From NCBI GenBank assembly GCA_964252035.1, contig OZ176209.1: 64,000 nucleotides of DNA; one strand, given 5' to 3'. Positions 1 through 13,082 of the stretch are shown one piece after another (the stretch's first letter is position 1; each line of letters opens with the position of its first letter). Under the pieces are notes generated by a model. The model did no database searches and was not told where the DNA came from. It worked only from the letters and a program-made list of their open reading frames with translations. The DNA comes from Podarcis erhardii (taxonomy: Eukaryota). A program made the position numbers and the translations under genes.

Positions 1-620
1 AAGGAGCCTTCGTCGCTCGGGTCCGTCTGGCCGCCCCTGCCTCGCTTCGCTCTTCAGGCTCTGCGCTGTGCCACAGTGGAGTGGACATCACCTCAGAAGG
101 GCAGCTTTCCTCCGTCCCTCATTCCCCCCCCCTCCAAAAAACAAGCAGTCTTTTGGAATGTCGCCGGTGCCTAAAAATAGCCTTTTTAAACGGAAAGGAA
201 AAAAATTGCAGAGAGACAAAGAGGGAGCAGGAGAGAGATGTGCCTCGCCTGCCATGTAGTTCTAAGGAGCGCCTGATGGAAGTGGTCCTGTCGTGTGGCG
301 GGCGGCGAGTTTTTCCTCGCCTCTGAGTCTTGCTGGGGGAGGGGGACCGGGAACGCTTCATCTCCAGTGCGCTCACTCCATGTATTTTTAAGCAGTGATT
401 AAAAGTGGGCATGTACTTTCCAGCGATACACCCTGGAGAGCAATAACGCAGCGTGCGAAGCCTGCAACTGCTTTTTTTTTGTTTTGTTTTGTTTGGAGGT
501 TGTGTCAGCGTTTACATTGCACAGGGGGGCTTGATAACATTCGCTGTGGTCTCAAACTTGTCAAGGAGTGGAGGGCGATGGGGTCTCGGGTTTGCAGAGA
601 GGCTCTTTTCGTCCTCTCTG
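1..620 (+). promoter_or_regulatory. CpG-rich region, probable internal promoter / alternative first exon of short ANKS1B isoforms
   Basis: Dense unmutated CpGs and high GC against a CpG-depleted background, no repeat hallmarks; consensus donor AGG/GTGAGT at 940; the upstream SAM2 exon is not in the window. Confidence 0.5.
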
Positions 621-3600
621 TTCAGATATTCTCAAAGAAAGGGGCTTGATGCCTCTTCTCAGGTTTGGCACACCTGCTGATTGAAAGCATCCTTTCATCC
701 ATAACATTAAAAAATGACATTTTAAATGCCATCCATTAAATATCTTGTATTTTGGCCCACCTTTTGAATGAACTGGACACAGGGGAGATGGAAACAACGT
801 GCAAACCTTTATTCCAGCCATATCTGACTGGAATGCTACCATGTGACAACATACTTATACAGGTAGCATTCTCTTAGGCCTTAAAAACAATTGCTTGACA
901 GTGGTGCAGTTTCATTTATTTCAATGAGATTCTGTTAGGGTGAGTAGTTATTGAGCTGGTTGGCTACTCAGTATCTTACAACTGCATGACTGTAGGTGTA
1001 TACGTACATATATATTTCCTAGGGGAAAATGTACGTCATCATCTGTGAAGTGTGCAGCAGTTGTTATTTTATTGCAAGCTGTACTCTCAACAAATACTCA
1101 TGCTGCGCTTCAGACATGGTTTTCTCACACAAAAGTCTGTAACATAGTGGGAGTAATACAATGAACAAAACAGTCTTAGATGTTTTATACAAACCTAACT
1201 GTAGACCACATAACTCTGAGAGCTTTAGCATTTAGGTTTATGTGTATTTACACCTGAATGCTGAAACAAATTGCCACCTTTGCCCATGTCTGGGGAAGTG
1301 GGTGATTTTAGAAAGCTGGTGATAATGTGTTTCAGTGTGCATGAAGTCATGATATATCTAGTAGCAATGTGGACAGTATCTAAACCTTTTAAACCTTAAT
1401 ATTTAGCTTTGGCAACATAATACTAAATTGATGCCATTGTTCCTTGGAAAGATTTTCTACTATTATTTGCCAAGAAGCCATTAATCAACCTTGAGGTTAT
1501 CCCTTGGACACAGTGGGCAACACCTATTTTGGATCTATGATTATAATCCTTATTGGCCTAATCTGCATTATCAGGTGTGCTGAGGGAACGAGACTGTCAC
1601 AAGAGTAGTTCTTTGGTTTTTCTGTTGATTTCTATATAAGTCCAAGGGTTTTTAAAGAGCAAAAAGGCTTTTCTTTTCAGAGTAGGAGATCTTGATCCTG
1701 CAATGTTTAATTATCTCCATGTAGTAAAACTCCATTCTAATGACAACATAAAGATTTTAATGAAGCTATAAAATGGAGACTTAGTTATTTTAGTGAATGA
1801 TATTTGGTGCAGCTTGTCAGGGAGAAGTTTAGCTCTCTCTCCCCTTTGATACATGTAAATACACACAGGCTGTGATCTTGCAGACCAGTGTTTTAACTGT
1901 TCACATGTGAGTATTTTTTTTAAGCTCATTATTCAAACCTGTTGCGTGAATAAAGATAAGCTTTGCTAAGTTGTTGCTGAATGAGAGCCCTGAAGTAATT
2001 AATGCAAATGACATGTCTGACTCATTTTGATTGGTAAAAAGGAAGGGCATGTACTTTTGCTATTTAAATAGGCCAGTTTAGTCACAAGAGGAATTTTTAA
2101 ATGAACTGTTATATTAGTTCATGCATTATATATTCATTAGGGTTCAGAAGGTATATAAGAGAAACAATTTAAAAAATCAGTTATAATTTCATCTCCCCAA
2201 CTTTTTTTTTAAAAAAAACACCAAGATAAAATGAAGTGGTAGATAAGGGGTTGCAGTCTGACTATTAAAACAACCAGGGCAAGAGAGGAAGTCTAATATC
2301 TAGAATACTTTATCAGCATAATATCCTCAGAAATGGATATGATTTTCACTAGTAGAGATTGCTGAACTTTGTAAAGTTGCAGCTCACAAATTGCACCTTC
2401 AACAAGCCCATTCGCTGTGCTTACATTGGCATAAAACTAGGCTCTGGAATACGTAGAATCATTGAGTCAGTGAGATTTTTTTTTTAAGCAGTAACATCAC
2501 AACTATTAACAGTAAAGTTTTAAACCTTGAAACTGAGGACTCTCAGAAAATAAAATAAGATGTTAGCAGATTTAAACACCATAAGACATTTCTGGCAGAC
2601 TAAATAAGAAACCAATTTTATGAAAAGTATCGTACAGGCAACATGGAAATGGAAAAAGTCCACCCTGTGTATGAACTTTGAATATATTTTGTACAAATTG
2701 TTAAAACCGAAAAGGAGTCAAATGCGTATGCAAGTGAAAGACAAATGCTGGTGATGCAATTTTAGTAGATCTCATAGGTTTTGTATCTTTTGGACCTACC
2801 TCTAGATCAAGAAGTATCATAAATGAAATTTTAGGTTATGACTTACCAGTTTACCCATTGTTTATTCTATTAAAGCTACTCTCAGAGGCAGTATGCTTCG
2901 GAATGCCAGTTGCTAGAAATCACAAGCAAGTAGAGTGCTATTTATTGCACTCTGGTCCTGCATTTGGGCTTCCCATGGGCATCTTGGCTGCTGTGAGAAC
3001 TGGATTCTGGACTAAATGGGCCATTGGCCTGATTCAGCAAGTCTAAAGTAATTCTTAATCACAGTTATCCAAAGCTTTGGGGTTATTATTTAAAAATCTC
3101 AGTCCCCTAAAAAGCCATTGTCTGGACATGTCTCATAGGAACAGCAGATACTTTTTGAGATGGTCCTTAAGATATGCGTGTCCCAGACTGCACATGGGTT
3201 GAAAGGTTAAAGTCAGCACCTTGAATTATGCCCAGAATCTCACGGGTGCAATATGTGTCCATATTCCAGAAACAAAAAAAGGAATGGACAGCTGCCTTGT
3301 GAATCACTAAAGCTTCCAAGTCATCTTCAGTGGCAGTCCAGTTTAGACCAATCTTGGGAGTTACAGACACTGGCATGATATATTGAAATGTATCAATTAA
3401 TGTTTTGCAATGTTTTTGTTGCTATTACGATTATATAGTGCTATATCTGAGGTTGTAAGTCACCATGGATAGATACTGTACATTGTATGATGCCTAATAA
3501 ATTTCTTCAATAAATAAATAGCCAGTAGGATGTATTGGGAGAGGTAGAATAAAAATTACAAGTGGCTCAGAATGGAAAGGTGGTAATACCAATCTCAGAG

Positions 3601-3749
3601 CTGAGGCTATAGGAATTCTCAGCATTTCATGGTTAGTGCTGAATCTGAGTTTGTTTATAGCTAACTGTAATTTAAATCAGCCTGAAGACACCGACCACCT
3701 TCTGCTTCTTCCCAGTAAACACTGTCCACTTGGCTTTTCATTTTTTTTT

Positions 3750-4830
3750 ACAAAGTTCCTCACTGAAGACTCCTGAGTATCAGTTATGGGATAAGTGGGG
3801 TAGGTCATTTTATGGAACAGTAACTAGTTAAAGAATAGTCATCAGAGAATAGGAACAGTTCTGCAATGGAGGAATGTGAAAAGTGAGTCCCCTGAAGATT
3901 AGTATTAGGACCTATGCTTTTTAGCTTGTTCTTAAATGACCTAGAGTTAGGGATGATCAGCAAGCTGCCTAAATTCATTCAGGAGGTTAAAACTAACCAA
4001 CCAACCAACCCAAAGGGTTGTGAGTAGTTTCAAAAGGATCTCTCCAAACCAGGTGAATGGGCAGTAAAATTACAGTTCAATGCACTTGTGATACAATAAA
4101 AGCAAACATAATATAATGCATAGGGGGAATCATTATTTCACATGTGCAGTAATGAGATCTGAACTGGTGATAACTGGCCAGGGGTGAGACCTTGGGGCCA
4201 TAGTGAATAGCTTAATGAAGATGTTGACTCAATGTGCAGCAGCAATGATGTCGCATCCTAGGAATGAATCAAGAATGCGTCTGAAAATTAAACTGCCAAT
4301 ATCATAATGCCACTATACAAACCTATGGTGGAACCATATTTGGAATAGTCATCGTATTGTGTATATTTGTGGTCACTGGAAGTATTGTGGAGCTGGAAAG
4401 TTCAGAAAATTGGAAAGAAAATGATCAAGGCATTGGAGTAATTCCCCTATGAGGAAAGGATTCAAACATTTGCGGCCTTTTAGTTCAGAAAAAAATGTTT
4501 AGTAAGAGAGGACATGTTAGAGGTGTATAAGTGGTGTGAGGAAGTGGATGGAAGGGAGTTTTTTCCCCTTTCTCATAATAGTGATGCTGACTATTGGAAG
4601 ATTCTGGAAGGACAAAAGGAGGAACTTGTTCACATAGCATATAGTTAAATTATGGAATTCATGAAATTCACTCCCAGAAGATGTAGAGGTCGCCACCAAT
4701 CTGGATGGATCAGGTCATTTCCAAATGATTAGACAAATTCATGGATTAGAAAAATTCATGGAAGATAAGGCTATCAAAACCACTGGTCATAATGGCTGTA
4801 TCTCCAGTCCCCAAAGTCTCTGAATATCAG
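3750..4830 (+). mobile_element. Decayed CR1 LINE, 3' part of ORF2 (RT) and 3' UTR
   Basis: Degenerate reading resembling VPHQRLL..GI.G..L.WI.NWL..R.QRV...SQW..V.SGVPQGSVLGP.LF..F.NDLELG, then a CR1-type 3' UTR; many stops. Boundaries approximate. Confidence 0.7.
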
Positions 4831-5745
4831 GCCCTAATCGTGAGGCACCTAGAAAAGGACCCCCAATGCATATCTTAAATTTCAGGCAGATCCCTTACTT
4901 AAAATATTTCTATTCCATCTTTCACAACTGCTTGTGGCAGCTCAGTCAGAACTTCTCTTCAAAGTAATTTAAAATAATATAACAAAATTAACACTTAAAT
5001 TCTAAACAGTAAAACCTACAACTTCTAACCAAAGGCTTTCTTGAACTGTTGGGACTTGCAACCAAGCAGGCTGAACACTGAGGGGAAGTCATTACACAAA
5101 ACCAGGCTTGCCCTCTATGCTCCACAAATATCCTGAAAGGTGAAACAGTTCATACAGAGACAGAAGCTTTCTAAAATATTTCAGTCTGGGGCCATGAAGG
5201 GTTTACAGGTAAGAACATACACCTTAAATAGGGTCTGGAAGCTCATTGGCAGCAAGTGCAGTTGACACAATGTGCTTCATTTGCCAGTTCCCACCAGTAG
5301 GCAGCCTTTGGGATTCTGCACTAGCTGTAGATTCTAAACTATTTTCAAGGGCAGCTCTTCACACAGAATACTACGGTAGTCACTCCTTGAAATTTCAAAG
5401 ACATGGGTAACTGGCATGGATAACTTTTATAAGGCCTGGCTTTTAGCAAAGAGACACAGCTGAAGAATCAGATAAATGTATTTAAACAACACTCCATACT
5501 GCTGCTTATTCAACAGCAGCGGTGGGTTTTGAAGGAAATGTAAATGGTTGAGCTGCTCCAGTAGAGCAACAAATATACCACCGATAGCAGATTGCATAGT
5601 CCTGAAGCACTTGGCCCTTCACCAAGCATAATTTCATGTCATCTTGATTCAGTTTTAGTTTGTAAACCCATATCCACCTTCCAGACATTGAATCGGTTTA
5701 ACAACAGCTCCTGTTTGCTTAATTAATGTACAGAGCGAGGTAACG

Positions 5746-5747
<2 letters not shown>

Positions 5748-5785
<38 letters not shown>

Positions 5786-5786
5786 C
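5748..5786. repeat. (AAC)13 microsatellite
   Basis: Direct reading. Confidence 0.95.
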
Positions 5787-7204
5787 GTATAATCAACCCC
5801 AAAGTAGCTTATTACATAGCTACATATTAAATAACATTATTAGCTACATATTAAATAACAGCAATTAGGGCCATCCCTGTCATAAGGAAGTGCAAGGCAT
5901 CTTTGGCTACTTAAGGTATTATTATATTTTTCCCTAGATAAGCCTTAGTACTATTAGATTTTGCACCTCAGGCCCCAGAATGCCTTGGGGAAAACTTGTC
6001 TTTGTATTTTTGGAAAGGGAGAGAAGAACTAGGTCAATGTTAGTGAAATGGTTACAAGTGATTTTGCACTTCCTTGTTGCTGTAATTCAGGCTGCAAATG
6101 CACCCGGGAACTTGTTGGCATCTGATTTCTCCACTGTGTTAACATATTCGGCTCAGAAAGTAAAAGTGAAATAATAATATGAATTTTGGGGAATTCTATA
6201 TAATAATGCCATATGAACGTCTTTGACCACAGCTCACAGTATAGGTATACTGGACCCATTCTCCTACCATGTATGTTTAGTTATATGGATTCTGTATTGC
6301 AGTAATGAAGACAGAAAGCACTGTGACAGAGCCATCTACTGGGCTTGGGCAGGAAGGGGGCAGCAGGTCCATTGCCACCTAGGCATGCCCTGCTAGTGGT
6401 AGTTGGCGTTTTCTTCCTCTTCCTTTTTCACCATGTCAGCTTCAGGCTGGCAATGGTTAAGGGACCTGAGAATCAGGTCCTTTGTGTAATATTTAAGGTT
6501 TTGGATCTAGTCGATCCAAAACAGCTGGTGTTCTGCTCTCAAAACCCCCTGTTGTGGGACTTTCTACCTGTTACTGTGGGTAGGAGAACTGTAAACTCCC
6601 CTGCCCACTGTACCATTTCATCAATATGAGGGCTTAGGATTGCAGTTACTGTTAATGAATTAAGACCATTAAGGCTGCAAAGCTGAAGACACTTACTAGG
6701 GAATAAGCCCCATTGAGCTCAAATAATCTTATAAGAAAACACAATTAGGATTACTCTGTAAAATGATAGGACAGTTTTGAGTTCTAATTCGTTTTAAAAA
6801 TCAGTGACATTAATAATTAATGATAAAACAGTTATAACAGACATATTGTTTATCTGATATGAACTGAACTCTTGGTCCTTTAATTAGCTATTTCGTATGA
6901 AATTTTATTTCAGTTATATTTGATTTGGTATTTTGTTAGTTTGGTTTCTGGAAATATGAACAGAATTAATCAAGATTGGTCCTTGAGCATTCATCATATT
7001 CATGTTCCCATTTGAGAAGTGTATGCCCTTGGACTGTGAGCTATTAGCCCTTTAGAAAATGCCTGCAGGGTCTGTATGTACATTTAACTAACTGCTTCTG
7101 CTTTCTCAAATATTGCTATAGGAAACTAAAAAGGCTGCTTGGGTATTTCTGTATGATTTCCCTATTTACTGCCTAGGCAATGGATGCTTACTAATTATCT
7201 ACAA

Positions 7205-7800
7205 TAAGAACATAAGAATAGCCGGCTGAATCAGGGCAATGGCCCATCTAGTCCAGCATCCTGTTCCCAAAATGCTCGACCAGATTCCTGTGGGAAACTT
7301 GTAAGCAGGGCTTGAGCACAAGAGCACTCCCTACTCCTGTGGTTGCCAGTAATTGTATTAAGAAGCATTGTTGCTTCCAACTGTGGAGCCATGGCTAGTA
7401 GCCATTGATAGCCTTATCCTCCATGTTGCCCCATCCTCTTTTAAAGCCATCCAAATTGGTGCCCATCACTGCCTCCTGTGGGAGCAAGTTCCATAGTTTA
7501 ACTAGGTGCTGCATGACAAAGTAGCTTCTTTTATCTGTCTTGAGTCTTTCAACATTCAGCTAATAATGATAATAACTTGAACCCCACCCATCTGACTGGG
7601 TTGCCCCAGCCACTTTGGACGGCATCATTGGGTGCCCATGAGTTCTAGCATCACGAGAAAGGGAGAAAACCTTTTTTAAAATTCATTTTCTCCATGCCAT
7701 GCATAATTTTACAAACGTTTGTCATGCCACCACTTACTCGCCTTTTCTCTAAACTAAAAAGTCCCAAATTGGCTGCTATTTACTATACCAGTTGCCTACC
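7205..7800 (-). mobile_element. CR1 3' fragment with a short L2-type 3' tail embedded at about 7560-7625
   Basis: Starts AAGAACATAAGAA (reverse of a CR1 TTCTTATG tail); reverse-complement similarity to the 3' UTR at 4700-4800; embedded ccccacccatctgactgggttgccccagccac resembles the L2 tail at 38700. Confidence 0.65.
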
Positions 7801-8148
7801 CCCTTGGAGAGCTTTGTGGGAGAATATTAAATGTACATTGGGTGAGCTGAATTTTTATTTATTTGGAATATGTACCACTTTTTAGCAAAGACTTCTCAAA
7901 GTATTTTACATAATAAAATTGGGCAGCAAGTTAAGTCTCAAACTTTCTTAGGCAGATAGGGTCAACAGCTCTTAGTTCTTGGAAGTCTTGGTGATAATGA
8001 CTGGGGGAATCATACTGGCATTTTCTGGTGATCTAGTTGTTGTTGGCACCTCTGGGGGTGAAGTCAACCTGCTAGAGAATCACAGCGCCTGCTGTGGCTG
8101 CAGAGACAGGTAACTTGTAACTGCTGCCTCCCATTTTGTATTTGCTGC

Positions 8149-9599
8149 ATTGTTGTTGTTGTTTAGTCGTTTAGTCGTGTCTGACTCTTCGTGGCCCCAT
8201 GGACCAGAGCACGCCAGGCACTCCTGTCTTCCACTGCCTCCTGCAGTTTGGTCAAACTCATGCTGGTAGCTTCGAGAACACTGTCCAACCATCTCGTCCT
8301 CTGTCGTCCCCTTCTCCTTGTGCCCTCCATCTTTCCCAGCATCAGGGTCTTTTCCAGGGAGTCTTCTCTTCTCATGAGGTGGCCAAAGTATTAGAGCCTC
8401 AGCTTCAGGACCTGTCCTTCCAGTGAGCACTCAGGGCTGATTTCCTTCAGAATGGATAGGTTTGATCTTTTTGCAGTCCACGGGACTCTCAAGAGTCTCC
8501 TCCAGCACCATAATTCAAAAGCATCAATTCTTCGGCGATTAGCCTTCTTTATGGTCCAGCTCTCACTTCCATTCATCACTACTGGGAAAACCATAGCTTT
8601 AACTATACGTACCTTTGTCAGCAGGTAATGTCTCTTTTTTTTAAGATGCTGTCTAGGTTTGTTATTGCTTTTCTCCCAAGAAGCAGGCGTCTTTAATTTC
8701 GTGACTGCTGTCACCATTTGCAGTGATCATGGAGCCCAAGAAAGTAAAATCTCTCACTGCTTCCATCTCTTCCCTTTCTATTTGCCAGGAGGTGATGGGC
8801 CCAGTGGTCATGATCTTAGTTTTTTTGATGTTGAGCTTCAGACCATATTTTGCGCTCTCCTCTTTCACCCGCATTAAGAGGTTCTTTAATTCCTCCTCAC
8901 TTTCTGCCATCAAAGTTGTGTCATCTGCATATCTGAGGTTGTTGATATTTCTTCCGGCAATCTTAATTCTGGCTTGGGATTCATCCTGTCCAGGCTTTCG
9001 CATGATGAATTCTGCATATAAGTTAAATAAGCAGGGAGACAATATACAGCCTTGTCATACTCCTTTCCCAATTTTGAACCAATCAGTTGTTCCATATCCA
9101 GTTCTAACTGTAGCTTCTTGTCCCACATAGAGATTTCTTAGGAGACAGATGAGGTGATCAGGCACTCCCATTTCTTTAAGAACTTGCCATAGTGTGTTGT
9201 GGTCGACACAGTCAAATGCTTTTGCGTAGTCAATGAAGCAGAAGTAGATGTTTTTCTGGAACTCTCTGGCTTTCTCCATAATCCAGCGCATGTTTGCAAT
9301 TTGGTCTCTGGTTCCTCTGCCCATTTGAAATCCAGCTTGCACTTCTGGGAGTTCTCAGTCCACATATTGCTTAAGCCTTCTTTGTAGAATTTTAAGCATA
9401 ACTTTGCTAGCGTGTGAAATGAGTGCAATTGTGCGGTAGTTGGAACATTCTTTGGCACTGCCCTTCTTTGGGATTGGGATGTACACTGATCTTCTCCAGT
9501 CCTCTGGCCACTGCTGAGTTTTCCAGACTTGCTGGCATATTGAGTGTAGCACCTTAACAGCATCATCTTTAAAAATTTTAAATAGTTCAGCTGGAATGT
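8149..9599 (-). mobile_element. BovB (RTE clade) LINE, 5'-truncated and frameshifted
   Basis: Minus-strand ORF pieces 9355-9597, 9055-9342, 8662-9042 (NNLRYADDTTLMAESEEELK), 8391-8717 (RRIDAFELWCWRRLLRVPWTA), 8163-8375 (LEKTLMLGK.EG.RRRGRQR.RWLD); (CAA)n tail; TTTGCTGC on both flanks (8141-8148, 9600-9607). Confidence 0.93.
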
Positions 9600-11195
9600 T
9601 TTGCTGCGTTAGTAGCACCAAAGTGACATCTCTGGGGCACAAGCCTCTAGTGTGTATGGAGGTTCTGGGCTTCCCAGATGACAAGACTTCCCTCTTGGCC
9701 TTGCTAATATGGTCTAAAGGAAAGCAGACCAATGCATTTGGCACCAACTTGGCTGCAGTAGTTGCTGGAAGGAGGTCTACAAGACATCATCCAACCATCT
9801 TAGGGACTCAACTCTGGATTTGTGTAGGGTTTACTCCTTAGCTTTTTTCTCTTCTGAAGATGTCCTGCAAGGCAGTGGGTAATGGTGATCTAGTAACATG
9901 ACTGCATCACTTGGTGCTCGACTCAGGCTGTCTTGTTCTGTCGGGTCCTTTAGAATGGTCCTTGTAAAATCTTATTCCAGCAGGATTGTTATGCTGAGTT
10001 TCATTTTGGACCCCCGGTGTGGGCTGTACAATTGCTCGTGACTGTAGTTGTGTGGATAGTGTCATTATATAGTATAGTGACTAGGTGACATTGGACCTAA
10101 GTCGTATGTGGGTGGCATCAGGAGTTACCATCTACTACCTGTTCTTGATGGAGAGAGACAATAAAGTTCTTGTTTAGCTTCTGGATCAGTGTGCCCTCTA
10201 AACTTTCAGTGTTGTATTTCTGAGGACTTCTGTGTATATTGTAGTTATTGAACTGCTAAAGATTCTTACATGAATCACCTTGAGGGCCTCAGTGGGCTGA
10301 AAACATAATTGTAAATATAACAAATGATTAAGGCTCAGCCTAGATCTATTCAGTCCACATCTCGTCTCCATGTGGGCATGTGAATCAAGCCTATATCATA
10401 AACACTGTGCTTCTTATTTGGCAGGCATGGTCAACTTTGTTTTCAGGGCTCAGAAAACAGAGGCATATCTAGAATGCTTTCACAGGCATTAGATTCCTAA
10501 AGTGTACAGTTATTTGGGGTTATTTACATAAGCTCCCAAGAGTGTACCATTTACCTGGTTTCAAGAATCATTATGGACTCAGCATAGTAGATAGAATGAC
10601 GGCATTCTACTAGTACTTTTTAAAGATGATTTTGAGTTTTGTCTCTCATCTGAAGCAGTCCCATAGCTACAGGGGGGCTAGACTTTTTTCCCCAGGTGAA
10701 GCCTCCAGAGGGGTGCCATTGAAGCTCCCAGCCTGCATGTGTGTACACAAATGCTTGGGGTATGAGTGTGTGCCAGACTGGGTCTTTGGCCCAGGTTTAA
10801 TAAAGCCTAGTTTCTCCCTAGTTTACTTGCAGGGAAGGAAATGTAGATGTACCTCTATGTATGCTATGCCTGCCATCCAAATTAATATATTCCAGATCTG
10901 ACCTTCACAGTTCTTTGTATTGCTTCTACTTAAAACTTTAGTTAAAGAAAGAAAGCCTTAGAGAGCCTGTGAAACTTTGTGATGCCTGATACATATTTTA
11001 TGTTGTTCCATACAGATGAACTGGACCTAAGATCTATATTTCAATTGATGCTCAAAGTAATGTCTCATTTCCCCTTTAGCCAGTCCGCAAGGCTATTTTT
11101 ATTTCCCTGGGATCAGTATAGCATGAGGTCAGGATACCGTACGTTGTGCAGATAGTCTCAAAGGTATTAAATAAACCTAGAAAATCCTTATATTA

Positions 11196-13082
11196 CACTG
11201 GTCAACAACAAATTTGTTGTCTGCATTTTTTTCAGTTGATTTAGGACAAATCTGATGCGCTGAATCCAAAAATCACATTAGTTTTGCTCAATCAAGTCAA
11301 GTTTTTGAGCTATGGCCACATGTCATTTTTTTTACATTTTTGTTCACATGTACGCTTGTGTGGAGCATTTTAGAAGAAGTTGGTGGGGGCAAAATGCCAT
11401 GTCAAATAAATGTTTTGATTGGAAATGATTATTTTAATGACAAGAAGTATTCAGGTCCGATAGTTCTGGGTGATTATGTCGAAAAGGAATCAGTTTGAAG
11501 TCATAAAACCTCGAAATCTTCCATAAATTGGTGCAGCAAAGCATAAAGTTGGGGGATCAAAACTAAGTTAATGGGGCAGCCGTCCCACAAAGAATTGTCA
11601 AAGGACTCTGCCGAACTGTTGGCATCCAGATTGAAGGAAAAAAACTGCCTCTCTGACAGTGCTCGCATCAGCTTCTTCCGCAACAGGCATCAAGAGTACC
11701 TCCGTTTTTTCTCGGAAGAGAAGGACTTGGTGTACTGTGCAGATATTGCGCAGCTTCTGCTCAAGCTTGGAGTGCCACAGTAGGAACCCAAAGATTGGAG
11801 ACTGTTCATTGACAGCAGCAAGCGATCACTGAAATGTGTTCTGCTACACAATGGCAACCAGTTTGCCTCTATACCCCTGGCTCACTCGAGTACACTGAAG
11901 GAGAACTATGAAGTGGTGAAGTATGTGCTGGAGAAAATTGGATATGATCAGCATAAGTGGTTTATTTGTGTTGACCTGAAGATGGTGAACTTTTTGTTGG
12001 GACAACAATCTGGCTTCACCAAGTACCCATGTTTTCTGTGCATGTGGGATAGTAGGGACCGTGCTCAGCATTACACGAAGAAGGACTGGCCTGTGCGGGA
12101 GGAATTGGTGCCTTGCAAAGAAAGGAACGTCATCAACGACCCTCTGGTGGACAGAGACAGAATACTCTTCCCACCGCTGCACATCAAGCTCGGCTTAATC
12201 AAGCAGTTCACCAAGGCTCTGGACAAGGATGGTGACTGCTTCACTTACTTGTGCCAGGCTTTTCCAGGATTGATCATGGAGAAGTTGAAAGCTGGCATCT
12301 TTGACGATCCTCGGATCTGTCAGCTCATCAGAGATCCAGAGTTTGGAAACTCAATGAACGAAGTGGAACTGGAAGCGTGGAAGGCATTTGTTTTGGTAGT
12401 GAAGAACTTTCTTGGCAACAATAAGGCCAGAAACTACGCAGAACTTGTCAACAACATGCTGACTGCTTTCAGAAACCTGGGCTGCAACATGAGCATCAAG
12501 ATGCACTACCTATTGTCACATATGGACCGGTTTCCTGAGAACCTGGGTTCAATGAGTGACGAGCAGGGGGAGAGATTCCATCAGGACATGAAAGAGATGG
12601 AGACCAGGTATCAGGGTCGCTGGGACGCAGTCATGAAGGCTGACTACTGTTGGACTCTGAAGAGAGACCTCCTTCCGCTGAGCATTCTAGGAGTTCCAAG
12701 AAACAGAAGTTCAAGCCCTGATGTTTGAAAAAAGGTGAAGCAACATGCAATTTACGTGCACTTGCCTTTATCAATTTCCACCATTCAGTTTACAGTAATC
12801 GATGTTTCTATCAGGTAATCAATATATGTTGTTGGAAAAACATTTTTTTTCTCTTAAAGACATATTTAGGATGATATGTGTTGACAAAAATCAGCTGATA
12901 ATGCCATAAAAATTTAATTGATTTTGTCACAAGATCTCATTTTTTTCAAATCAACATAGCACAAAAACCTGACCTGATGGAGAGAAACGGATGCCATTTC
13001 CTGATTCAGCAGTGCAAAAATACCCTAAATCAGTTGTAGAAATCTAGACAACATTCAAAAAGTAAAAAATTGTTGCCCAGTG
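11196..13082 (+). mobile_element. Chapaev3-type (CMC superfamily) DNA transposon, 1887 bp, internally deleted
   Basis: Termini CACTGGTCAACAA ... TTGTTGCCCAGTG (13-bp TIR, 1 mismatch); TTA on both sides (11193-11195, 13083-13085); about 120 bp of imperfect subterminal inverted similarity; transposase inside. Confidence 0.85.
11595..12721 (+). pseudogene. Chapaev3-type DDE transposase remnant
   Basis: ORFs 11571-11783 and 11913-12728 are in one frame, split by a single TAG at 11781. Motifs WRLFIDSS, ICVDLKMV, CFLC, PPLHIKLG, KLKAGIFD, GCNMSIKMH, SDEQGERFHQD, RYQG.W...ADYCW. A 1-nt frameshift near 12672 hides the end PSAEHSRSSKKQKFKP*. Confidence 0.85.

Noticed and set aside
158-259. Lys-rich short ORF MSPVPKNSLFKRKGKK... 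as a coding first exon
   Set aside because: Ends in TAG at 259 with no convincing donor inside; at most a uORF.
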